Source: the human T2T-CHM13v2.0 reference genome, Homo sapiens
Assembly: GCF_009914755.1 (NCBI RefSeq)
Contig: NC_060931.1
Reading direction: 5' to 3' (one strand)
DNA: 64,000 nt
Shown here: positions 46,138 to 59,212 of the stretch, piece after piece
Layout: each line of letters begins with the position of its first letter
Position numbering within the stretch: the first letter of the stretch is position 1
The notes under the pieces: model-generated
What the model was told of the DNA's origin: nothing
The model's database searches: none
The model's input: the letters and a program-made list of their open reading frames with translations, nothing else
Program-made: the position numbers and the translations under genes

Positions 46138-46649
46138 TCAAGAAAGGGTATATAGCATGCAGCCTTATCCAAATTTAACCACTAGGAATCAGATTTTCAG
46201 GTGGGTTTCTTTAGTCTAGTGGTCCTCAAATGGTTCCAGAAACTCTGAAATATAATTTTGATTTTTTTTTTTCTGGAGACAGTGTAATCCGACCATATTT
46301 AAAAACAACGTTCTACTCCCAAATTGCTTAAATTGTCTTTAGAGAAACAGGTCATGTATAATAGACAAAAATCTAAGTTTGCCATTTCCTGACAAACTTG
46401 CATGCATAGTTTGCCATTTCACTTGGAAGAAGGAAAGGCCATTTTTGGAGGGAATGTATGGGAGATACGTGGAATAAATGGGAACTTCGTTGAGGCCTGA
46501 AGATGGGGGCACGTGACACACGAGAGGACACTGGCACTGGTAAGAGAAGAACAGGATTCGTGAAGCATGGAGAATACCTTAAATAAGAATCAGTCTCCTT
46601 GAGTCTGATTTTATTTTTTCTCTGACCACTCTTAGCGGAGAAACAGTGC

Positions 46650-46890
46650 TGAAACATGACCCAGAGCATGGGATTTCAAATCAGACCAATGGAGCTTCGC
46701 TTTTCACTTCTCCATTTCAAACCTTTGTGAACGTCGCTTAGCTATAGCGCTGCACCTCACCTGCAGATGGGGGTAATGATAGCAGCCAGTTCATTGAGTT
46801 ATTGGAAGATTAATTAATGCCCTTAAAGCACCTTCCTAGCATTGGCTCCACCTAAAGTAAGTGATTAATGTATATTGAAATATTATTAAT
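46650..46890 (+). mobile_element. MIR
   Basis: cacctgcagatgggggtaatgatag...gagttattggaagattaa...aaagcacc...gtaagtgattaatg. Confidence 0.6.
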
Positions 46891-47479
46891 ACTGTAACTC
46901 CTTACCTTGTAATCAGTGCATCTGTTTTGAGCTAAAATCACAGTGACTTCTTTAGCTAAAATGAATTATTTTGCTGAATATACAATTCAGATAGCACAAT
47001 TAAGCATTTTTCACTTAAGTATTTTGTGTTTAACGGTTTCCTTTGTGTACATACATATAATATATAAACTATATAAATAATTATTTGTGTTTAGTTTGTT
47101 GATATTTAGTATCTAGAGAGAGCCTTGCGTTGTCCAGGCATTCCCTCCTGGTTTCAAATCCCCTTCTTCCCCGCCAGCGTTTCCTCTTAAGGATGTGAAG
47201 AGGTGTCCTAATTACAAGTCAGGGCGCATACCTCGGTGCGCCCCCTTCTTCCTGTGCTGTTTGTCTTCAGTGCCTCACACCAGTGCCTTGGACCCATTTG
47301 ACTTCCTTCATCTCTGCTGACATTTTTCTTTCTGTCTCATATCAGGAGGTGCACTGTGAAAAACCTCCCCTTTGAGGAAGCTTCAAAAGTTACGTTTCTG
47401 TTCTAGCACAGCTCTTTTTTCTAGTTACATCTCTTACAAGTATAACCTGTCTTTAATCACTGCATGACCTTGACAAGAT

Positions 47480-47830
47480 TTAGAATCACAGAACCTCATC
47501 ACTCACATGGACCCATGGGAATACCCAGTTGAACCCAATACAGAAAATTTCTTTCAATCACCCCTGAAAAATGGCTGTGCAACCTTTGAGTGTATTTCTG
47601 CAGTGACAGAGTGCTCCATAACTCAGGAGGCAGCAAATCCCATTGTTGACTAGCCTTAAGAGCATCCTATATTTAGTCAATGTATGCCTCCCTACAACTT
47701 TAACCTGGGTAGTAACTCAGGGCTGCGTGACTGAAAGACGTACTGTGGAATACGAATACTCTTTCCAGCTCTCCAGAGAGATGGTAAATGAAATGCAGTT
47801 TTCATCTCTCAGTATTCTCCTGTACTTAAC
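47480..47830 (-). mobile_element. L3/CR1 3' fragment
   Basis: tagaatcacagaa start; cagtgacagagtgctccataactcaggaggcagc...ccattgttgac are typical L3 3'-end motifs. Confidence 0.55.
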
Positions 47831-49771
47831 CATGGCAGTTTCTGATTAGTCATTGTCACTGTTGGAAGTGGCTTGAATTGGGCATTCTGCATCTCACCAG
47901 ATGTATAGAGGGTTGTGGTGCACTCCAAAGCCTATTTTCCATCCATCAAGCTCTGTTTGCTCAGGCTTCGTCAGTTTCTATTATTAATCACTTATTTCAT
48001 CTATTTTCCAATTGCTTTACAGAGTTGCCTCATTTTTAGCTAGTGGCTAAAGTTACTCAGCAGGTCTGTAGTTTCTTCACTTATAAAAGTGAGATAATAG
48101 GTCTGAATCCAACTTTGTACAGCAGAGGACATTATTCAAGTCTTAAAGTGCTTAATGTGTCCACATATTCATCAAGATATTCAAAATTATATTATCACAT
48201 GCATGATTGTTTAAATTAATAAATAAAAGTTTAATATTTTTATAAAAGTAAAATGTTGGAAATTACACTCAATTATAGTAGTTGTTAATGTCTTATAAAT
48301 ATTGTTGATATTATTTTCATTGTTGTTAGTGTTTTATAAATATTAATCATGTAACATCCTTTCAGGAAGGAGCCATTCATATTACCCTTTGACGGATGAG
48401 GAAAATTGATATATGGCAAGAAAAGTGGCAGAGCTGATGTTTGAAACTCAAATTTCAGGTTCTAAAATCTTTGTATGCTTAACCTTTAGGCTGGATTACT
48501 TACTGAGTTAACACAATAATACCCATGTGATGAATACATGACACATGCTCTTTGGCATCAGGAAGAGGAAAGTTGGGAGTTTATAGATAAGAACAATTGG
48601 GTGTCACGGAAGTTAGTTGATGCATGTAGAATACAGAGATTGTGAGGTCCTTCTCAGAAATCTTTGCCTGTTGTCTTTTCTGCAGGATAGCCAGGCGTGC
48701 TGAACACTTGAGTTTTCAGTTAATGAGAGTCCCCATAGGTGTCCCTTTCCTTCCATGTTCCTTGGAACTGAAAATCTCTAAAGTTCACTTGAAAGAGGTT
48801 TTAACAAAAGCTTAATACAAGGCTTTGGATATTGAAGTAACAATGACCAACTTCAACAAATGCTTGGAAAAGGAAGTTTATCCAAACCTTTCAGGCTTTG
48901 GATAGAACTTTTGAAATCAAAGACAAATAGTGAAGTTCTCATGTTTAAGACATTCTTCAATGTTTAGGATACCTCAAAATTCACTTACTTCTCCAAAGGT
49001 TATAATCACAGAAAGTCATTTTCAAAAGAAATTAGGTACTACTTGTCACTGCAGTTCTTAAGAGCAGGAAATGGTATTTGCAGGTTTTGACATTGTGATA
49101 AATGTTTGTAATTGGGTTAATATTACTGTTTCGTACCAGAGAACTAACTACACTTTTCACCGCTGCTGAAGGGATGGCTTGGTTGGTAACGATCTGGACT
49201 ATTTTGCTGAACATTTTCATTGTGCACACTTAGCATGCAGGGAATCTGAAACCAAGAAAGAAAATCAGTGCAACCTGGAATGCAAGATCGAATTTTACAT
49301 TTTTTTTTTTTTTACAATTAATTGACTTTATTTTCAGTTCAAAGTGTTCTATAACTTCAGTTGCTGATGGTTCAATTCACATTTGAAGCAAGTCTGAAAG
49401 TTAACTTAGAATGGTATTCCTAAATGTTTTCTAGTCACGATTTCCTAGAAACCCATTGTCCATCAGTAGTGCCTAAACTTTGCCAATCTACTTTTATTCA
49501 AAAAGGAGGCAGGGGGAAGGCTGGAAAAATAAACCAGGTTTGAAATAACATTTTACAAAGGTTTAAAACCTTTGTAAGCAGCAATTCAGACATTTAGTTT
49601 ATTTTAATGTCATGCTTTTATTAGAAACTAGGAAGTGGGTTTTTTTTTACTTCATTGTTAAATTTGAAACAAGTGCATACTCAGTCCTTCTAAATGCAAT
49701 TAGGTAAATAGAAGGCTCTTTTCCCACTAACTTACGCTATCACTGGAGATGTGTTATTTTTAGTATTGATT

Positions 49772-49895
49772 GTTTGGTTGGTTTGTTTGCCTTTAGAGAC
49801 AGAATCTCCCTTTGGTACCCAGGCTGGCCTCGAATTCCTAAGCTCAAACAATCCTCCTGCCTCAGCCTCCTAGAAGATAGGACTATAAGCATCAC
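49772..49895 (-). mobile_element. FLAM / Alu monomer fragment
   Basis: agagacagaatctc...cccaggctggcctcgaattcctaagctcaaacaatcctcctgcctcagcctcc. Confidence 0.8.
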
Positions 49896-50640
49896 TTGGA
49901 TTGGTACATCCCCATCTTTGGAGGAAGTCTGCGATGAAGCCTTGTGTAAGTCAGTCACAGTGTTAAACTGAACCCAGGAGATTTCACAGGTAAGAAAACT
50001 GACTCATAAAAATCCAATAAATCATCTTAAATACAAAGTTCAAATTTAATATATTCCCTTTAAAAGTTAGTATTTTGGAGATAAATGTTTTACCAAACAT
50101 GTTAGTAATAACTTATGCTTGTTAATTTTAAGTCAAAATTGAGAGATGGTTTTATTACAATAATTTTTAACGATGTCTAAGACTGAATAAGAGTATCTGA
50201 TGATAACCTAACCCGAGTAAACTTAAAAAAGCAGTAGTATTTCCCAATTAATAGCACAATGAACTGTGGCTTAACAATTTTCATATACTAGATATACTTT
50301 TCCCACATCATGACATATGAATTGTAAAGATGAAATTGCTAGCACTCTTCTCTGTTGAAGAGGAATTTTGGAACATGCAAATGCAGATGGTACTGGATAA
50401 CCTCCAGTCTGTGCCTCCATCTTGCTATATAAACTCTTCTAAAATTAGTGGAATTCTCATAAGAAAAAAGAGGCAAGTCCAAAGTGAAGTCATGTTACTT
50501 GCTTGCCTGATACTTCAGGATGTGCAAAATTGAAACAATATGTGGTGTTCATAGCTAGTGTCAATATGTCTACCACATAAGAGATGCCTATTTAATTTTA
50601 GACACTGTTCAAGCGGATTTAAGGGCTTTATGATGAAAGC

Positions 50641-53081
50641 TGTTATGTGCCACCCAGTTCTCCCCTCAGCTTCTGGGTGTGTTACCAGATGACTGTCCTC
50701 AGGTACAGTCTGTTTTTGGGAATGCACAATTCCAAGCTCACAATTTCTTTCACAAGCAGCCTACATTCAGTGTCTGATCAACACGTGAGATCAAGAACCA
50801 GATGCTTCACCTACTCCAGACCACTCACCTGTGGCTCACTCAGCACTCCCCATGGGTGTGTCCTGGGTCATTTTCCACTCACCACAATGCACTATCTCCC
50901 CATGCCAAAGCCTCCTGTCTCTCACAAGGCAGTGATCCCAATCATGCTTCCTCATAAGCATACTGCACACTAATTTTAATCTCAGATTTTGCTACCTGAA
51001 GGACCTAACCCATGACACTTGGTGCCAAGAACGGTCCAAATAAAGGAGAGGCTAAAATGGAATTCTGGAGTTGGACCAGCTGCCAACCAGCTGGCGATAA
51101 AAACTCCACTGGTGGCAGGTGGAGCACAGAGAGGCCCTGGCAGGAGCTAACAGCACAATTACTAAAACATTCACTGGCTGTGGATCAATGTTATACCACT
51201 GGCAAAAACTGCATTAGCTGGTACAACCTGGTGTTGAAGAGAGATGTAGTAAACAGTAACCATAGGGCAGTGGGATTGAGTGCCTATTGCTAAGCTTGAG
51301 AGTGATTGATTGATTGATAATTAAAAACTAAATGTGGAGACCAGAAGGCCTCACTGATTGCATATAAAGAGACTCTACTCTCTTAAAACTGGAAGACAGA
51401 GAAAGCTGAGGACCAGACCTAGAGCTTAGTGGGAAAAGTAGCTGAGCTTCAAAGAAGAAAAATCCTCACCACGGCAGCTATGCCATGCCAAGTGCAGGAG
51501 CCTTGTTGGGAAACAATGACCCTGACATGTAGAATGAGCCTATCTGGGTTGATGCTCTAAATATTTTGAATCCCCAGGTTTTCCTTAATCCTCTGACTTT
51601 GCAAAAGTGGCATGCTCCTTCTTAGGAAAAGAGTGCTTCCTAGTGGGGCCAGGAACTCTCCATTGCTTGATAGAGAAGTCTTTGTTTTGAAAGACACCAT
51701 GAACATATCACAGGTCCCTACTTCTTCTCCTGGCAGCCAGGAGGGTTAATTTACAACAAAACCAAGCTGTTTGTATCAAATAACAGCAGCTGTCATCTGG
51801 TAACATGATTGAATGGTCTGTTTAAAGGCACAGTTCATGCTCCAGCAAGGAGACAATGTTTTACCAGAATGGGGCACTATCTTTGAGAATGTAGCATGTC
51901 CTTTAAATCAGTGGCAGCTATATGGCACTGCTCCCTGAACAAGTAGAATGCATGGATCCAACAAACAAGAGATCAAAATAAAAGTCTCCCTACTCACCAT
52001 CACTTCAAGTGATTTATTTGGGGACTTATGCATTTTATCTTTGCAGCTCTGTATTCCGTAGACTTAGAGCTTTTTGTTACCAAAGCGGGTTTGCCTCTAC
52101 CAGGGAGACCTTAAGAGTCCCCTTGACCTAAAAGCTAAAGTCATGGTCTAAGCATTTCAGACTTTTCGTGCCAGAGAACCAGTAGGCAAAAAGAGTCAGT
52201 AATATGATGGGGTGTAGTTGATCTTGACTCTCAGGAGGAGACAGCTACTGGAGGGCAGGTAGGAGTACACCCGACACCTAGGTGGTTTACTTTGGCTTCT
52301 CTTGGCAAGTCCTTATCTAACTGAAGAATACATGGTGACCAGGGGCTTGGATGCCTAGGGGAATAGGGGTTAAAATCTAGATCACATCACCAGATGAGCC
52401 ACCAAGATAAACAGAGATGCTGGTGGAAGGTGAAGGTAGTCTAGATTGGATATTAGAGGAGGAAGACCCTGAGGATCCAGTGCAGCCTTGACACCAAATA
52501 CAGAGGCAGGGCCTGGAGCTCTTACCAGTGACCTTCCTCTGATAAATGACCAAGAGAAAGAAAGGCTTGCAGAATTCTTGGGAGTGTGCTCCCAGGTCTT
52601 ACACAAAGAAGTGAGTAAGAAGGTGCACATTGTCCACTGTGATGGGGACTATGGTCCATCAGACAGATCCCTCTGCAGGACTTCCTCATCCAGGTTCAGG
52701 GAGTGCTAGCAAAAGGCAGCCTTCAGCTGTAAGCCCTCCACAGAAAGAAATGGACTCTGCTGAAGATAACAGCCTCACTCAAGCTCATTTCTTCTTCCAA
52801 AGACAGCCAGGAGTCAACAACTGATGATCACAGGGATATGAAAGCCCTGTCTTATCACCTCAACTTGAGGAATTCTGAAATTCCATCCCCAGCTCCAGAG
52901 ATCCCTATGTGATTGGCTGAGGACTTCATAGCACCACATAGCAGTTCAACTTTTCCCTCTTGCCAGTCTTGATTCCTTCTCTTCTTTCTTTAGGGTATTA
53001 GTCCTAAGAGCACTCCATAAAAAGACCCTGCTAGCTAATCTCCACAGCAGAGTCTTCTTCCCAGGGAAACCAAACTGTGCA
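50641..53081 (+). mobile_element. Internally deleted ERVL provirus: LTR16-type 5' LTR (~50641-51017), PBS, gag/integrase/dUTPase remnants, 3' LTR (~52635-53081)
   Basis: Both LTRs end in the LTR16-like ...ctcag/cagagtc...ggaacc(c)aacc..gaca motif; PBS-like tggtgccaagaacgg at 51020; gag-like MEFWSW...TGGRWSTERPW; integrase-like GDNVLPEWGTIFENVACPLNQWQLYG at ~51850-51930. Confidence 0.7.
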
Positions 53082-53099
53082 CTGACTTCTTTCTTAGGG

Positions 53100-54210
53100 A
53101 AATTTTGAATCTATCCCAAAACTCTTGTTGGGAACATCCAGAAACTGTTTCATTTCAGTTACGGTAATTTTCTATTCTAAAAGTTGCAGTGTCATTCTTT
53201 TTATAGTTTCTGTATATCTGATAAGACTTTGTCTTCACGTATTAAAACTGTATTTTCTTATAGTTCTTTAAAACGTTTATAGCAACCACTTTGTGTTTAT
53301 CTATGAAGAGTTTAGAGTTTGCTTTATATTATTTTTTCTTGACCATGAGTTACATTTTCTTTTTTCTTTGTAATTCTGGTGATTAAAAATGTGTGAAACA
53401 TTTTGGGTAACACAATCAAGTGTAGATAATTGGAACCCTGCTACCCATCCTCAAAAAATTCTTGTTTTAGCAATCAGATCAGTTAGTCAATTACTATTCA
53501 ATCACCTTGAACTTTTATGCTTGGTTTGTGAAAATCTGTACAAACTTCAAGTGTTTTACAAGCCTTTCTAACTTTAAGAGACTTAAACTCCAAATGTTAA
53601 AGAGATCTCTTTAAACTTTATTTTAGGTTTGTTAGAGTGGGTGTAGAGTAGATTTTGCTGTAGGGCATGATCCATACTACCTTTTTAGTCACTCATGGTT
53701 GCTATGGGTGTTAATGAGATCTACAATGAGCCCAGCCTTACCCTAAGTTTACTGTTTCTCAAATCGGTGGCACCTGCTATCTGGAATACCTTGGGTGGCT
53801 TGCATGGCATGTGTGCACATATGCATACCTCCTTAACATGAACTTGTAGGGGATCTACACATGGGCTTCTGGGGCTTTCTACAAAGATCTTTTCTTTGAT
53901 ACCTCCCCCAGGCTGCCCCACAAAAATTCCAACTGCTTCAGCTGCAATATAGTCTGATCTCTGCATTTTCAGTTTAACAGGATCTCTGTGATTTGCTTTT
54001 TGCCATAGAGTCAGTAAATTTTCCCTCAGCAGAAAGCTGGTGGTCATGGGACTCATGATGTGAGTTCCTTTCTCTTTGAGGGCTGTCGTCTTGAAATGCT
54101 TATTATTTAATGCATGAAAACACTCGCTTCATATATTTTGTCCAGTTATATATTTGTTTGTTGCAGGAGGGAGAGTCTTGTTCTGGTACTTCATCCTGAA
54201 AAGAAGCAGA
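53100..54210 (-). mobile_element. Old L1M 5' region fragments
   Basis: T-rich degenerate L1M-like motifs (gtttcatttcagttac..ttttctattctaaaag; tttcatatattttgtccagtt). Confidence 0.4.
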
Positions 54211-55582
54211 AGTCTGAGAGAATGTATCTCTGTATATTTTTCCTAATTCAATCTTACGTTTGCATGAATATGTGAATTTGTTCTTTTCTTTGCCCAAAAT
54301 AAGAATAACAAATAAGTTGCAGAATTATTTATTCCATATTAAGTTGAAACTTTCTTGTCAAGATACGTGTTGATGTTTGGGAGATAACATCTTGTGAGGA
54401 ATGCAACTAGATTAGGAGTGACACCTGTAAGGGAAAGGTAAATGCGTGTTTTGGGATAATATGCTAATACTATAAAAGGTTAAGAGAATATATTCTTACT
54501 CCAGATATAAATATTTCATGAAGTCTCCCCAGATTTCTTCTTAAATCAAAGCATAATCAGTCTTGTTTGCTTACAGGAGTCAACTTATCAAACATTCTAT
54601 TATAGTCCATGTCATAGGGATAGTTTTGTTCTGTCTTGTTTTTCCTTGTTGTTTTTGATACTGTGTATCCAGTCTTATATAACAGCCTATTCAGTCTGTT
54701 TATTCCTGTCTTCTTTTGAAATAAAGATCCTACACAAACTGGTAATACTAGAAGTCTTGCTCTGCTCACTTAGATGCGGAGGGCTGGCAGGAGTGATGGT
54801 AGAAGGAAATTACTGGTTGGTAGTATCTCATCCTCCAAGATTTCCATCTCTGAATCAAGGGGAGGAATTATGAGGCTCTGAAAATCATGATGGAAGATCA
54901 GCAGTAGCACCAAACACACAAATAAATTCATGCCAACTAAAATTTACAGGGATGCTCAGGTTTTTCCAAAGACTTTATCTTTTTCCACCAATGACAATAA
55001 CACATGTAAAAATATAGAAAAGAATCATATACCTGAGAAATAGCCCAGAATCAGTGAGTATGGAAGCTGATACCCAAGTGATATAAAGAACAATATGGTG
55101 AAGCATTGGGTTGAAAAACGCCTTCCACTTCCTTCTATTTGCTTTGCTCTGCTTCCATGTAAAATAAATGATTTTCTTACTTGTTGAGGCTTATACCTCC
55201 GCCTCCTCAGGATATCTGTCCTCAATGTCCCCTCTCTTCCACTTGACACTTGTCTGTCTAAATGTGGAGTGTTCAGACGGGGAGAGAGAGAGAGGCAGGG
55301 GGATACAAATGGAGTAAAAGAGACAGAGATGAGGGGAGATAGTGATAGAGAAAGTGAGGAGGAGGTTAATATAAACACCATGGCATCAGCAATAAAGGCA
55401 TTTCCTTAATTTTGGCTTCCAGAAAGTAAAGACTGTCTATCTTTTCTTCACCAGCCTCTTGACAAAACCAATAAATAGCCTGGTTATGTTCCACAAAAAG
55501 CTTGAGTGGTATCAATAAAGCCTACTAGGAACTTGTAAGAGAGAGCAATTAATTCTGCCAGTAATGAACAAAGGAGAGAGAC

Positions 55583-55778
55583 TGTCTGTTCTCACAGTTA
55601 ATAAAGACATATCTGAGCCTGGGTGATTTATAAAGGAAAGAAATTTAACAGTTCCACATAGTGGAAGACAAAGGAGGAACAAAGTCATGTCTTACATGGT
55701 GGCAGGCAAGAGAGCTTGTATAGGGGGAACTCCCCTTTATAAAACCATCAAATCTCATGAGACTTATTCACTGTCACA
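55583..55778 (-). mobile_element. THE1 LTR fragment
   Basis: ataaagacatatctgagcctgggt...gtcttacatggtggcaggcaagagagc...ggaactcccctttataaaaccatcaaatctcatgagacttattcact. Confidence 0.85.
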
Positions 55779-55880
55779 ATATTCCTGCAGCATTTGAAAA
55801 GGCTGGTGTTGGAGTTGAGCAACGAAGGGTGTGCCCAGAGTAACAGCTCACTTGGAAGGAGTGCCATTTTTGTTGATGGA

Positions 55881-57100
55881 ATTCATTTATTCATTCATTA
55901 ATTCAACAGTTATTGAGTATGTATTTAAATTGCCCCAGACAGTGGGAAAACAATGCTGATCAAAAATAGGTATTTTACCTGTATTCATGGAACTTGGATA
56001 GAGTGTGTGATACAGCAATACTGAAGTAAGCATGCAAATACAATGACTAACAATTTTAAGAGCCATAGAGTTGAAGCACAGGCTACCATGAGATTAGTGA
56101 CAGGGAAACTGATCTACTCTAACAAGGCCTCTTTTATATGGTGAGACTGAGTTCAGATGTGATTGATGAGAAGCGTTATATTCGTGAAAGAAATGGCAAT
56201 TTTAATACAACAAGCAAAGACTACATTGTAAGTGAAAGAGAAATGTATGTAGACTGGATGTCAAGAGGGGCCAAACCATGCTGGTTACAAGGCAAAATAA
56301 AGACTTCAGGGTATATACTGAAGAATTTAAATAAAATTTAAAAATGCTCAATCAAATTTACATTTTTTTAAAGGTCACTCCTAATGCACTGTGGAGAAAA
56401 AAATGATGAATGAAGGGACACACAGACTTTAAAAAAGCTTGTTCAGAAAGATTGTAAGAAAGTATGATGGGTTGCCCTAGAGTGACAGCAATGAATATAG
56501 AGAGACGTGAAGAGATTAGCAAGATATTTTGAGGGTGAATGGAAGTGATACCATACTTTTAATCAGTTAGAAATGAGACAGGGTGCTGGAGAAAGAGTTA
56601 TCACTGGCACCCAATTTCCAACATCTTTAAGTATGATAGGTATTGGTGTTATTTACTAAGATAGAACATTGGAGGAGGCGTTGGTTAGTGAGGAAGAATG
56701 ATACAGTGGTGGACTGTAATGAACTCAATTCAAGTGTTAAGTTTGAAGTGACTGTGAAAATGGCAACAGTACACGTAGAATAACCATTGCTTTATCTTCT
56801 CTGATGAAGATGTCAGGCTACATCCTTATGATAGGCAACACTGAACAGACGGCCATTGGCATGTGGCTACAATAACCTAGGGAGAGAATGTAGGCGAGTG
56901 TGCTTGGGCACTTCACCATTACAATGCTGGATGAAGGATGATAGATCTGTAAAACAGAATAAGAAGTAATAAGTAGAGAAGCAAATGAAACATAGGAGTG
57001 TGGTGTCACAGAGTTCAAGTCATAAGAATATTTCAGATAATATGGACTAGGTCAATGTGAAAAAAAGCCAGTAAAGAAAAAATATTCAGTCATTCTTGCA
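55881..57100 (-). mobile_element. L2 3' portion, degraded
   Basis: (attc)n tail then aacagttattgag; ctgtattcatggaactt; aaggtcactcct; atttactaagatag; gttaagtttgaagtgactgtg. Confidence 0.65.
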
Positions 57101-58039
57101 GAATGAACTAAGTAGTGTTGTCAGAATATAGGGTGTACCCAAGATTCTGCGGATTCTGGAAAGACTATAAGAGTAATTGCACCACTGTGAGCTATCAGTG
57201 TGGAATTAGTACATTCATCATGTTTTATTTACTTACCCCTCACAAGTTATATGATCTGGGGATTATCTGTTCTGTTTTGCCCATTGGAAACAACACCTAA
57301 GAAGCCAACATTGACTTATTGCACAGCCTGGTGAAAGTCTCACAAATGCCATGAAAACTCTGTCTAAATGGAAAGAAAATGAGAATATTTCCTTCTTTCA
57401 CTTTATTGGAAAAATGCGTGCTGGGGAATTTGAACTTATCTTCAATAGCTATTAAAATGGGATGATTCCAAATGGGAGGGAGCCTTGAATCAGCAGAGGA
57501 TACTGACGGCAGAAGTGGATCATTGCCCTTTATGTGTCCACAGGAAATCGCTTATTTCCTAAAAGTTGCTTGCAAATGAGAAAGATAAGTTCTTTTTGAC
57601 TCCTATTTAAATATTATGTTAAACAGAAAAAAGTTGGTCACCTATGTATTGCTTGTTTTTAAAGAAAAGATGGAAGCATTTCATTTTTTGTCAAATGCAT
57701 CTATTGTGCATTACACCCCTATTATAGAGAAAGCCCATATCAAGTCCAAGCAACAATGAACTAATATAGTCAGAGTGTGTGGGAGCAGCTACCTATAAAG
57801 ATTGTCTCCACCCAGAGAACATCCCAGGCATGGAAGTGACACACTGCCTACCAACTGCCTACATTTGATTTTATAAACATCCTTTTTTCTGTGAGTAAAC
57901 CATATATGTTGGTTTCTTCTGTTATTTTGTGTGCAAATAGTCATCACTAAAACCTATCTGTAATTTCAGTGTGAGAATACAGGTCTTTTCCAAATAAGAA
58001 AGGGAATAAAAATGCAGACTTGTAAACATTCTGTATAAA

Positions 58040-58228
58040 ATCTTGGGTCTCTGCTTGGGTATATACTAGATGTTTAAACTTAGGAAAATGATTTAATTTC
58101 TTGGAGGTTCTGACTTCTGATCAGAAAATGAAGACGGTAACATTTTACAGATGTTTTTGTGTTTTATACATGTAAAATACTAACATAGTACCAGTCACAT
58201 GACAGACACTCAATAAGTGATAGCAATT
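58040..58228 (+). mobile_element. MIR
   Basis: cttaggaaaatgatttaatttc...catgtaaaatactaacatagtacc...cactcaataagtgatagc. Confidence 0.55.
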
Positions 58229-58779
58229 GTTTTCACAGGATGAAAAACTTCCATTTGTGTTTTAAGCAAGGAAGCTCCCTTCCAAATAGGCAAAAGAGTA
58301 AAAACGATCCCCCTGACTTATGAAAGACAGCTTTTTAAAGATTTGCAGATATTTTTAAACTGTTGTCCTTCTGCTAAAAATAATTACAATTCTCCTTAAT
58401 CTACTACTACATTCTGAAATATATTCTGATTACCAGAACTTTAAGGTCTTTTGTATCTGCTGTATTTTTCTAGAAAATAGAATAAATAACCATTATGGGA
58501 TGGCATATTATGCAGATAAACAGTTATTAGAAGAGTTATGGATAGAAATTATATGTAGTTCTGTAATTACCTTTATTACATATAGAAATCAACATAGGAA
58601 TCAGCACATTCCATAGGAAATATGGAACACATTCTGGAAAAAATTTCTGGCAGAATTATTTTCAAGATGTTATTTATCAAGGAATATATTTAACTATTTA
58701 AAGATAAATTAAATATTGAACATATTTTAAAATCAGTATCTATGTTTAAAGATGTCTATGGCAATGTTTGCCAAAGATG

Positions 58780-59212
58780 CTATAATAGTTTCTAGGACTG
58801 TTGTAACAAATTACCTCAAACTGTGTGGCTTAAAACAAAGAAGTATATTCTCTCCCAATTGTTGCCATCAGCAGTACAGAGTCTAATTAATGGTGGAGAT
58901 GCATGTCCTGCAGCTGTTCTGGCGACCAATCCCTCCTCTCCCTCTCCCAGCTGCTGGCAGCTATTCACATTCTTTGACTTGTGCATCTCTCTGCTCTGTG
59001 ACCTTTCCTGGGTGTGTTTCCACTATGTATCTGTCTTACAAAGATATTTGTCATTGGATTAGAACCTATTGGTTAACCCAGGATGATCTCCCATTTTTCA
59101 GAACCTTTAGTACAGCTATGAAAATCTTTATTCCAGATAAGGTAACATTCACAGGTTCCAAGGATTAGGACACAGGCATATGTTTTGGGGGTAGGGATAC
59201 CATTTATCCCAT
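58780..59212 (-). mobile_element. MLT1B/C MaLR LTR
   Basis: gtaacaaattacctcaaactgtgtggcttaaaaca...gtcattggattag...ccagataaggtaacattcacaggttccaaggattaggac. Confidence 0.75.

Noticed and set aside
51012-51293. 93-aa ORF with gag-like N-terminus as a possible domesticated gene
   Set aside because: Similarity fades after ~60 aa and downstream frames contain stops; no sign of ORF preservation
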